Shown in pieces: positions 1 through 7,983 of a stretch of DNA of 19,718 nt. Below the pieces are notes generated by a model. It made no database searches, was not told where the DNA came from, and saw nothing but the letters and a program-made list of their open reading frames with translations. The stretch is taken from NCBI GenBank assembly GCA_048882385.1, contig JBHLRQ010000044.1, positions 4,406 to 24,123 on the forward strand, written 5' to 3'. The DNA comes from Candidatus Thorarchaeota archaeon. Its GTDB lineage: Archaea; Asgardarchaeota; Thorarchaeia; Thorarchaeales; Thorarchaeaceae. Both the position numbers and the translations under genes were made by a program. The number at the start of each line of letters is the position of its first letter. The first letter of the stretch is position 1.

Positions 1-682
1 TGAAGCGATTTATCGTATCTCCAGGCTTTATGTTCTTGACAACTTTTTTTCTGATTACTGTTCGTGTGCAATGAGGATCGGCATTAGAAACATCACGAAT
101 AATTGATGAGAGAACTACTCTAAAGAAATCCTCAATTTTTATCCATTGATGATTTGTTTCAAGCACCGCAGAGATGCTATCTCTGATAACTGCCAACTCT
201 CTCAGAACAAACTCACGGAACCAGTTGTCACGATAATTAAACTCAGGAATATTAGGTTGATTCTTTTCAGAGAATGAGAATTCATGAATATGATGAATCA
301 AGGCATCAGATGCGGCTTTGAGAGGCTTTGATTCAATCGGTGTTGTTTTGACCTTTGAAATCAGACGAGCAATCGGGTCTATGTCAATCCCAATTCCAAT
401 TCTCTCATTCAATATTGATTCCAATAAGGTCGTACCGCTTCCACACATTGGATCAAGAACAATATCTCCCATCTCTGAATATTTCCGAATTAGGTAGCGT
501 GGTAATTCAGGAAAAAACTTAGCTGGAAACTTATGGATACCGTGCGTGAGATAAGACTGGTCATTGCTAATGATTAGGATACTTCCACCATTTGGAATAT
601 TTAGATCAGGATCTAGGTCACCTTGAATTTCTATTGTGTCACTCATTGATTCTTGATTTGCAGAAGTTACTGAAAAGTGCAT
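1..682 (-). CDS. Site-specific amino (N4-cytosine/N6-adenine) DNA methyltransferase, 5' part; runs off the left edge
   Basis: Absent from the ORF track; translated by hand. ATG at 682 (alternative in-frame ATG at 646) gives ...DQSYLTHGIHKFPAKFFPELPRYLIRKYSEMGDIVLDPMCGSGTTLLESILNERIGIGIDIDPIARLISKVKT..., i.e. motif X (H-x-F/YPAKF) and SAM-binding motif I (DPMCGSGTT) at the N-terminus. No in-frame stop seen before base 1. The catalytic (S/D/N)PPY motif would lie outside the window. Confidence 0.88.
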   Translation of the reverse strand, partial: MHFSVTSANQESMSDTIEIQGDLDPDLNIPNGGSILIISNDQSYLTHGIHKFPAKFFPELPRYLIRKYSEMGDIVLDPMCGSGTTLLESILNERIGIGIDIDPIARLISKVKTTPIESKPLKAASDALIHHIHEFSFSEKNQPNIPEFNYRDNWFREFVLRELAVIRDSISAVLETNHQWIKIEDFFRVVLSSIIRDVSNADPHCTRTVIRKKVVKNIKPGDTINRF

Positions 683-740
683 CTCACAAGGCGCTTCTAC
701 TTCTCAAATTTCGAGGTGAATTTTTTCGATAGTCCTAATC

Positions 741-750
741 AAATATAAAG
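741..750. promoter_or_regulatory. Putative TATA element in the divergent intergenic region
   Basis: AAATATAAAG on +, CTTTATATTT on -, between the divergent methyltransferase and small membrane protein genes. Confidence 0.35.
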
Positions 751-816
751 GAGTAATTTCCAGATTTTAGTAGCCCTTTTCAGGGCATGGAAAGCGTAGA
801 AGGAGAAATATCCAAA

Positions 817-1146
817 ATGGCTTCAGATCTAAAAAAGATCGGTGACCTTTTGATTCTGCTTGGAGGTATAATCGGACTTATTCAAGGGATTCTATTGGTC
901 ATAGGAATGCCCTTCACCATTCTTCCGGGACTTGGTGACTTTGGGCTAGGACCCCTAATTTGGGGAATCTTGGCAATCCTATTCTCATTGATTGCCTTGG
1001 TTAACAGTGGTTTCTTGAAGATTAGTGCACTTGAATTTAGTAACAAGTGGCTAGTCGTGTTGATAATGGGTATTCTCATGTACCTATTCAGCAGCGGCCT
1101 TGGTGGCGTTCTCGTCATCATTGGAGCAATACTACTGTTACTATAG
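817..1146 (+). CDS. Small Gly/Leu-rich integral membrane protein (about 4 TM), function unknown
   Basis: ORF 787..1146. The ATG at 817 (MASDLKK) follows AGGAG at 801-805 and is the likelier start. Four hydrophobic segments ending LGGVLVIIGAILLLL. Confidence 0.8.
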   Translation: MASDLKKIGDLLILLGGIIGLIQGILLVIGMPFTILPGLGDFGLGPLIWGILAILFSLIALVNSGFLKISALEFSNKWLVVLIMGILMYLFSSGLGGVLVIIGAILLLL

Positions 1147-1155
1147 TATTTGAAA

Positions 1156-1205
1156 GCTCAGCACTAGTCTAAATCAGGCTAATGTTGAGCATTCACCCAT
1201 TTTTT
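1156..1205. terminator. Imperfect inverted repeat plus T-tract between convergent genes
   Basis: GCTCAGCACTAGTCT-AAATC-AGGCTAATGTTGAGC: 15-bp arms with 12 Watson-Crick pairs and 2 G-U pairs on +, followed by a T-run at 1200-1205. Confidence 0.45.
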
Positions 1206-1211
1206 ATACCA

Positions 1212-2558
1212 TTATATTGACTCTGAGATAGCTTTGTCAAGTCTGTCAACAGCGTCGTCGATTTGTTCCTTGGTAATAATGTAACTTGGAATGAACCGGA
1301 TAACGTTTTGACCACATCCAAGCAACCAGAGGTGTTGTTTCTGTACTGCATTTTTCTGGACTTTATCACGAAGTTTAGGAGCTTTTTCTATTGACTTCTT
1401 ATCTTTCACGAATTCAATTCCAGCCATCAGACCAATTCCACGTGCATCTCCAACAACTTCGTACTTGTCTTTTAATTCATTAAATCGCTTCAACAGATAG
1501 GTACCCTTCTCTGCATTCTTCTTGAGAAAATCGCCATCCTCTAGGTGTTTTAGAATCCAGAGAGAAAGCAGAGACATCTTAGGCTCTGCAGAGAAAGTTT
1601 CAGAATGTCGTGAACCACTAGTGAACATAGGTGAGGGACCAATCGAAGCACCCATGGGATAACCTCCCCCGAGTGCTTTGCCCATTGAAATATAATCAGG
1701 AACAACTCCATGATTCTCCATGGCACACCATTTGCCAGTACGACCCATACCTGCCTGGACCTCATCAGACATGAAGTAGGCGCCATATTCTTTTGTTAAA
1801 TCATAGAATCCTTGAACAGCTTTTGCAGGCGGAACAAGAAAACCACCTTCTCCAGATATTGGTTCCATCACAGTTGCCGCTATGTCATTTCCTTCAACTT
1901 GTAGAGCATATCGTAGTGCTTCAACACATTCAAGACTGCAGTCATCAACATTAGTGTTGTATGGACAGCGATAACAATAGGGATAGAAAACACGAATTAC
2001 ATCCAGACCCTGCGGAAAACCCGATTTGTGTTTTGAATTTGAAGAAGTCAATGCAAGAGCATAACCTGTACGACCATGAAATGCTGGTCTAAATGAAACA
2101 AACCTTCGTTTACCAGACAAGTCCATTGCGGATTTCAAACAGCCTTCAACGGCTCTACCACCTGAAGTAGTAAATACAACTTGCTTTTTGTGAGATCCGG
2201 GAGTGATTCCAGCAACACGTTCAGCGAGTAGTGTCTGAGGAATTGCATCAAAGTCCATTCCTGGAAGTTCTTTGATTACGTCTAGTATACTCTCTTCAAA
2301 CTCGATATAAGGTCTGTATCTAAGACCTAATGCCCGAACTGCAACACCACCTGTGACATCGAGATATTCTGTTCCTTCTATATCGAAGATTTTGACTCCT
2401 TCACCAACAGTATGATCAAGACAACCATAGACTTCACGATCCTGAGTTGTTAGGGCAAGTGCATCTGCACCTCTCTTCTTCCAATATTCATTTGTCATAT
2501 TCTTCTTATCGAGATCGAAACCAAGATCTCTGAGTATTTGGATGTGTTTTTCGTCCAT
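1212..2558 (-). CDS. Class III PLP-dependent aminotransferase (4-aminobutyrate/ornithine omega-aminotransferase-like)
   Basis: Motifs DIEGTEYLD, FHGRT, EPISGEGG, SDEVQAGMGRTG, GKALGGG (PLP lysine), DARGIGLMAGIEFV and NVIRFIP; 448 aa. Confidence 0.93.
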   Translation of the reverse strand: MDEKHIQILRDLGFDLDKKNMTNEYWKKRGADALALTTQDREVYGCLDHTVGEGVKIFDIEGTEYLDVTGGVAVRALGLRYRPYIEFEESILDVIKELPGMDFDAIPQTLLAERVAGITPGSHKKQVVFTTSGGRAVEGCLKSAMDLSGKRRFVSFRPAFHGRTGYALALTSSNSKHKSGFPQGLDVIRVFYPYCYRCPYNTNVDDCSLECVEALRYALQVEGNDIAATVMEPISGEGGFLVPPAKAVQGFYDLTKEYGAYFMSDEVQAGMGRTGKWCAMENHGVVPDYISMGKALGGGYPMGASIGPSPMFTSGSRHSETFSAEPKMSLLSLWILKHLEDGDFLKKNAEKGTYLLKRFNELKDKYEVVGDARGIGLMAGIEFVKDKKSIEKAPKLRDKVQKNAVQKQHLWLLGCGQNVIRFIPSYIITKEQIDDAVDRLDKAISESI

Positions 2559-2636
2559 CTCTAAGACCGTCCACTGATTGAACGGTCGTTTTGGGATTGG
2601 CGCCCCAATATCTAATTTGTGATGTCGGTGAATATT

Positions 2637-3008
2637 CTACTTTCTGAAAAGGAGCAGGAGCCCCCCTAATAGAATCATCAGTCCAGCAAGCGTATCAAGA
2701 CTCATCATCCATGCAATTGGATCTAGTGTGATTCCAGGATAGGATACAATCACGATTGCGATGAATCCGAATAAAGTCAGGAGCAGTCCAGACTTTGCGA
2801 CCTTCCATGAAACAAACCCACAAGCATCAAACGCAAGAGTAACGATGACGATTAGAACAATACTAAGCAAAATCTCTACGAGTCCTTCCACAGTTCCTGG
2901 ACCAGGACTGATCATTGCATTGTAGATTCTGTATATTGCATATATCAGAAGAACTAGACCACCCAAGACAGTATAGCCTTGTGCTGCACCTTCAGCTTTA
3001 CAACCCAT
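2637..3008 (-). CDS. Small integral membrane protein (about 4 TM), function unknown
   Basis: ORF 2637..3068. The ATG at 3008 (MGCKAEG) follows GGAGGA on the minus strand and is the likelier start. Four hydrophobic segments ending LAGLMILLGGLLLLFRK. Confidence 0.8.
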   Translation of the reverse strand: MGCKAEGAAQGYTVLGGLVLLIYAIYRIYNAMISPGPGTVEGLVEILLSIVLIVIVTLAFDACGFVSWKVAKSGLLLTLFGFIAIVIVSYPGITLDPIAWMMSLDTLAGLMILLGGLLLLFRK

Positions 3009-3146
3009 TGTTTGTCCTCCTAGAGAACCTCTACATTTGAATTTGGATGACCTGTATATAACTATCATGCGTCAGACCGAGGTAATACATACACCTGTAT
3101 TGCTCAGAAGACATGGTCGTATGACAGCTAGTTTGCAATCTGTGAG

Positions 3147-3971
3147 GTGGCAGAAACGAGATATTCTACCTATGACGGTAACAAGAGCACTGAAAGGTCA
3201 GTACGACTTGACAGGACAGAGGGACACATCATCATCGAAGGAAGAGCCTATCCGGCAAAAGAGATTGTGGAAGCTCTTGCTCAGAGTGGTTATTCTGAAA
3301 TACGAGCTGATGGTGATTCGTTGGTACTTGGAAACAGACGTATCAGTCCAATATTCAAATCACGTCAGGATAGAGCAATGGCAACACTCTGTCATGGAAG
3401 TCTCTCGTATTGCTGTCCCCTCTCTAAAAGGTGTGCTGAAAGGGACAGAGCTCTAGAGATTCTCGGACTCACATTTGACGAATATGAACGTCTAAAGAGT
3501 GATGCACATGCTAGATTTGTTGAAACTTCAAGAGGTCTATCAAATCTTGATCCAAGTTGGTCACAGCAAGCATCCGAAGATAGAATGGCAAATCGTCCAG
3601 CACGCGACCCAGGTTATGGGTCTGATGATTATCGTCAGGATTTCGAAGCTCTTGATAGAACAATGAAATCGTTGAGTCAGCAATATGGAGACCCATGGGC
3701 GGATACACGTGACGACTCGAGATCCTCTTCAGAAACCTATCATTATCAGAGTAGGGATAGTCGAATCTTTGGGGATGAGAGTCGTAAAATCTGCAATAAT
3801 CAGCCTGATGAATCTATAGAAGGAATTGGATCCCTATTTACTCAGGGCGAGCTAAGCCCATTCACTGATGATGCTCGTGAAGAGAATGATGGATATAGCT
3901 TCTGTTTCTCATGTGGACGGAGCATAAAATCAGGAAATAGAGTATGTCCATATTGCAGTGCAAGACAGTAG
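3147..3971 (+). CDS. Hypothetical protein with a Cys-rich methanogenesis-marker-9-like module and C-terminal zinc ribbon
   Basis: GTG start. Internal CHGSLSYCCPLSKRCAERDRALEILGLTFDEYERLK, then a polar D/S/R-rich linker, then C-terminal CFSC-x10-CPYC. Confidence 0.75.
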   Translation: MAETRYSTYDGNKSTERSVRLDRTEGHIIIEGRAYPAKEIVEALAQSGYSEIRADGDSLVLGNRRISPIFKSRQDRAMATLCHGSLSYCCPLSKRCAERDRALEILGLTFDEYERLKSDAHARFVETSRGLSNLDPSWSQQASEDRMANRPARDPGYGSDDYRQDFEALDRTMKSLSQQYGDPWADTRDDSRSSSETYHYQSRDSRIFGDESRKICNNQPDESIEGIGSLFTQGELSPFTDDAREENDGYSFCFSCGRSIKSGNRVCPYCSARQ

Positions 3972-3975
3972 TTTC

Positions 3976-5016
3976 TTAGTAGCTACCAATTGCACTTTCA
4001 CGTCTACGAGAATAGTCTGAAGGATAATGGAAAGTGGATACAATCCTGTCAATACCCACATCCTTGCCTAGTGCTTTTAGCTCTTGTAATTGTTCAATAG
4101 TCGTTACTCCCCAACGAAATAGAGAAGCCCTACCACCTCGTCGAGTGAACTCGTTAACAAAATAGAGTGATTCGACTAACTCACTGTATTCTGAACTGCC
4201 TTTAGAAGGTAGAATAGGAGACCATGGGAAAAGATTGATCAAAACATTCTTTGTGATCTCTCCGATTCGAGCATAATCATAACCATATTCGTTTCTTGCA
4301 CCCTCAGACAGACCGGTTTCAGGATCAAGCAATACTTCAACCGAGATTCTAAGAGGTTGTGCACGACCTGTAGACTCATCTGATTCCGTTGCAGCATCTT
4401 GTAGATACAGTAGACCCTCGTGAACCTTGTTGCTACGAAATTGATGCCATTTCTCATGATGTTCCGGATTTTCAGTCAAAAACGCATAACTAAGTCGATC
4501 AGGCTCTTGGTCAACCATTGGAGCGAATTCATTTCTACAACGTTCACAGAAGCAAAAATGATCGCGAATGAAACCAGTTCCAAATAGAAGAATCTCATCG
4601 ATAGGATAAGTTCCAATCTCTTTGATGATTTCAGCTCCATACTGCCAGAACTCTTCACGGTTTGGACAGATTTGGTGCTCCATTTTCACATTTTGATCAT
4701 TCATGGTCTGATACTTTGGATCTCGAGCAAACCAACCATCAGTGTAAAAGTCCATGCCCACAGCACCATGAATATCAAGAGCATCATTCAATCTGACCCA
4801 TTCTTCAAAAAAGGGAATGTGTTCTTCACGTACAGGTGCTGTCTTGCTGGGGAATAATGTATACCCATCTGGACCTTTCCCAACGATTCCAACATCTTCC
4901 ATGTAAGAAGCATAGGTTGAGATGAAGTCTTTTGCTGACATCTCAATATCTTCGGGTTTGAACATAATTAGCATCTTCTGCATGAAGAATTCGCGATAAT
5001 TCAGCTTCATTATCAT
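3976..5016 (-). CDS. Glycoside-hydrolase-like (GHL10/DUF187, GH42-like) TIM-barrel protein
   Basis: ICPNREEFWQYGAEIIKEIGTYPIDEILL followed by HFCFCERCRNEF and W..FR, resembling the CP-(N)-x-P-E...DGI-x-LD...C-x-C-x-x-C-x-x-x-F...W-x-x-FR pattern of this group. Several closely spaced Met codons make the start uncertain. Confidence 0.6.
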   Translation of the reverse strand: MIMKLNYREFFMQKMLIMFKPEDIEMSAKDFISTYASYMEDVGIVGKGPDGYTLFPSKTAPVREEHIPFFEEWVRLNDALDIHGAVGMDFYTDGWFARDPKYQTMNDQNVKMEHQICPNREEFWQYGAEIIKEIGTYPIDEILLFGTGFIRDHFCFCERCRNEFAPMVDQEPDRLSYAFLTENPEHHEKWHQFRSNKVHEGLLYLQDAATESDESTGRAQPLRISVEVLLDPETGLSEGARNEYGYDYARIGEITKNVLINLFPWSPILPSKGSSEYSELVESLYFVNEFTRRGGRASLFRWGVTTIEQLQELKALGKDVGIDRIVSTFHYPSDYSRRRESAIGSY

Positions 5017-5119
5017 GTACCCCGTCGAGATAGGTCAGAGGAGTGCTCTCGGTCTTCTTGCGTGTACCAAGTCACGCTTATAGAAATTTCTTATTCAGAC
5101 CCTCGTCTTAAATGCAGCT

Positions 5120-7894
5120 CTAGAAGAACTGGTCAAGAGTCGTGAAGCCAAGAAACTCGTCGAAGTCGAGACCCACTGAGTCAAGGACCTGTTCAAACAC
5201 ACTCTTCAATATATCAATGTACGCGTCCTTATCAATCCAGTAGCTCTGATTCTTGGCAAGTTCTACAGGAATAACTGTATCTTGGCCTTTGGTTTTAATG
5301 TAAGAAACGATCGTGCCAGGTAGTGCTTTAGTTGGATCATTTGTGACCTCAACAAGCTTCTTTGCAGCTCTCACATGGGGGATGTCAGTATCATACGAAT
5401 GAAGTGGTTTTGTCAATTGGATCCTGAATGCAAGCTCTTCAGGAGTGTATGGATCAGCCTTTCCTTCTAATCGGTCTATGACACAGTTTACAATCTCTCT
5501 TATTTCCTCTTTTGCAGTTTCAAATCCTTCTCTATCATTAACTCTACTGAGAACCTCAAGCATCCGCTTGAAAGCTTCCTGAGCAAAGTCTGGAGTGTTA
5601 CGTTTCTTTCCGCTCAGTCCTTTGACTTCAACCATACCATCTTTGTATACACCAATGTAGTTCTTCTTTCTGTCAGAAAGAGCTACATACTTGTATGTCT
5701 TCTCAACCTCGAGATCAATTCCAAGTTCATCACGGGACCAAGCCACGAGTTCATTCTGCTGTTCCTCTGTCGGATGATCAAGAAATACAGAGTCAGTATC
5801 GCCATAGAGGACTCGTATTCCCATTGATTCAGCTTTTATCTTAGTCCTCTGAATTGCATCACGACCATATGCTGTTACGCTTTCAGCAGCAGGCATACAA
5901 AACAATTCGAAGTGAGGAGCGCCAGTAACTCCATATGACGCATTGACAAACACCTTCAAAGCTTTCTCTACAACAGAGTACCAATTTCTTGTTCGCTCAT
6001 CAAGAGACTTATCCTTACTCTTTGGTTTGAACCATTTGACTCGCGCATCTCTAAAGAAACCAATAGTCTTGCTAATCATTCCTTTTCGTTTAGTGCAGGT
6101 CCAGTGATCTGTTTCAGGAACCTGATTATCAGTACCAGTCTTGCATTCTTCATGAGGACAATCCACGGTTTCATAGCTAATGTTGTGTGTCTTCATAATT
6201 GTCGGATATAGACTCGCAAAATCCAATACTGTTGCATTGAAGTGAACACCAGCAACTGGATCGATGACAATTGCACCCTTGAACGCTTTTCCACCAATAG
6301 TGGCTTCTGTCTGAGCATCCGCTTGTTTTACACTGTCTATGTCCACACGTCGGGGAATGAGCAAGTCATTAGATCTATGTTCTTGTCTGAAGAGCGACTG
6401 AATCCATGATGAAATGAAAAACCTGGTTACATCATCCAAAGACATTCTCGAGATACGCATCAAGAGCACTATTAGACGGAGCAGGAGATTATTATCAAAT
6501 TGGGTGAACTGCATCACAAGATTTGCGTCAAGCCAGCAGTAATGAGCTAACTCGTGGTAATCCAAGTTCACGATGTCAGTACTCAATTCTAGTTTCTTGG
6601 CTCCCAAAACACCCTCTGCAATCGAATCAAGATTCTCACGCTGGTAAGCGCCTGATAAAGCATAGATTTTGATTGATGGATTTGTGAAAAACTTGTAGAA
6701 GTCCAGATGAACTCCACGATCAAGGATTGCTCGTTCACGTCGTGGGTCTTGATTTCCTCTCAGTGTTATTGGGCAATATTGGTCCATATCGATACGTAGT
6801 CGTTTGGCTCGATTATGGAGGTATTTGAGGTCGAACGTATCACCGACAAATGTCAATACGAGGGGATACTGATCAATTATCTTGAATGCCTCAACCAGCA
6901 TCTCAGCTTCGTCATCAAAATAGACAATCTCAAGCTGTTCAGGAAAATCCTTACTCTTCTTTCCCTCCGGATGTCCTTGTCTTCTCAGAACAAAGCATTT
7001 GTTATATCCCTCATTATCTGAGAGGCCTATTGCTGTCACTGGTTGTTCTGCTGTACTAGGATCGGGCACTCTATTGAGGATTGGAGTATAGACTTCAATA
7101 TCCACAGCAATCCGCCAGATTTCTGGAACTTCAGTAAAGAACATTGGAGAGTATTCTGTAATGATTGACTCTAAGCTTTCATCTTCCTGAATTATCTTAT
7201 TGAATTCCTTGAGTGTCTTTGCATCAACATTGGGAGGAACTGAAACAAGATTACCATTCTCAATTTTATACATCAATCCTGGGACTAGATTGGTATCATA
7301 AGTGTAGCACAGCTGATAACGAATTGCAGCCTCCCATGCGTGACTAATCCCTGTTGCCTTATCGGTGAATAGATTCCTAATAGAATCTTGACGACCTCCT
7401 ATCGACAGAGGGTTGTCACCAAGGACTTTGGTCATCTTTACTGATTCATCACGAAGAAGATCATGTAGTTCAACAGTCTTTGTTCCTACAAATCCACGAT
7501 GACGACCAGCTGTTGATTGGACCACTTGGGCTGGCCAGTCAGTGTAGAAATAGGGTTTATGGCCAGTATTATCAAGCCAGAAGAATACTTCCTTAGTATC
7601 GGGTCTGTACAGACGAGCCATTGCTTTGTTGTCTGGTCCAGAGTAATCGACCGTAAGGAGAAATGATGGTGGTAAGCTCTCAGGAAGTTCACGTTTACCG
7701 ACTTTGACTGGAATCACATCATCTTCATCCGGTTCATCATCGATAGAGAGGTCCTCGGATTCATTAGAATTAGCAGGATTATCCTCCTCAGATTCTTCTG
7801 GGTCTGAGAACTCATATTCCTCTGTTTCAGAAAAGAAATCCTCTAGAGAAGACTGTCCTTTGTCTACAGGTTTCTCATCCATGGGCAATGCCAC
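5120..7894 (-). CDS. polB1: Family B DNA polymerase, archaeal PolB1 type, with 3'-5' exonuclease domain
   Basis: ExoI DIEV, ExoII GDTFD, ExoIII YCWLDA; motif A DFASLYPTIM, motif B KVFVNASYG, motif C YGDTDS; KKNYIG and VKGL. The ETVDCPHEEC...HWTC insert is typical of PolB1. Start is GTG 7894 or ATG 7882. No intein. Confidence 0.96.
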   Translation of the reverse strand: MALPMDEKPVDKGQSSLEDFFSETEEYEFSDPEESEEDNPANSNESEDLSIDDEPDEDDVIPVKVGKRELPESLPPSFLLTVDYSGPDNKAMARLYRPDTKEVFFWLDNTGHKPYFYTDWPAQVVQSTAGRHRGFVGTKTVELHDLLRDESVKMTKVLGDNPLSIGGRQDSIRNLFTDKATGISHAWEAAIRYQLCYTYDTNLVPGLMYKIENGNLVSVPPNVDAKTLKEFNKIIQEDESLESIITEYSPMFFTEVPEIWRIAVDIEVYTPILNRVPDPSTAEQPVTAIGLSDNEGYNKCFVLRRQGHPEGKKSKDFPEQLEIVYFDDEAEMLVEAFKIIDQYPLVLTFVGDTFDLKYLHNRAKRLRIDMDQYCPITLRGNQDPRRERAILDRGVHLDFYKFFTNPSIKIYALSGAYQRENLDSIAEGVLGAKKLELSTDIVNLDYHELAHYCWLDANLVMQFTQFDNNLLLRLIVLLMRISRMSLDDVTRFFISSWIQSLFRQEHRSNDLLIPRRVDIDSVKQADAQTEATIGGKAFKGAIVIDPVAGVHFNATVLDFASLYPTIMKTHNISYETVDCPHEECKTGTDNQVPETDHWTCTKRKGMISKTIGFFRDARVKWFKPKSKDKSLDERTRNWYSVVEKALKVFVNASYGVTGAPHFELFCMPAAESVTAYGRDAIQRTKIKAESMGIRVLYGDTDSVFLDHPTEEQQNELVAWSRDELGIDLEVEKTYKYVALSDRKKNYIGVYKDGMVEVKGLSGKKRNTPDFAQEAFKRMLEVLSRVNDREGFETAKEEIREIVNCVIDRLEGKADPYTPEELAFRIQLTKPLHSYDTDIPHVRAAKKLVEVTNDPTKALPGTIVSYIKTKGQDTVIPVELAKNQSYWIDKDAYIDILKSVFEQVLDSVGLDFDEFLGFTTLDQFF

Positions 7895-7914
7895 ACACAG
7901 TCTAAGGTGTCAAA

Positions 7915-7977
7915 TTATCCTTGATAAGCACTTCCTATTGTGAATCCGAGTCCTTCATTAATGAGGATGCTCAAGGC
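7915..7977. promoter_or_regulatory. Divergent promoter region of polB1 and the PPC gene
   Basis: CTTATC on the minus strand (7923-7928) about 30 nt upstream of the polB GTG; palindrome TCATTAATGA (7965-7974) just upstream of ATG 7984. Confidence 0.35.
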
Positions 7978-7983
7978 CTAACT

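Noticed and set aside
1156-1190. Hairpin as a possible SECIS element or ncRNA
   Set aside because: No SECIS-type GA quartet or GAA/A motif, and no flanking gene with an in-frame TGA. A terminator-like role is simpler.
1212-2558. Aminotransferase as a PLP amino-acid racemase/epimerase of the GABA-AT fold
   Set aside because: As I recall, those racemases carry a catalytic Asp in EPIQGD. This protein has EPISGE, the transaminase-type residue.
5017-5119. Short dyads (GCGTG-N8-CACGC) and a partial match to 13851-13870
   Set aside because: Arms of only 5 bp and a gapped match in opposite orientation; consistent with chance.
5120-7894. PolB as a casposon, viral or inactivated PolB2 polymerase
   Set aside because: Catalytic motifs are intact with cellular PolB1 features, and I saw no Cas1, integrase, terminal repeats or capsid genes nearby.
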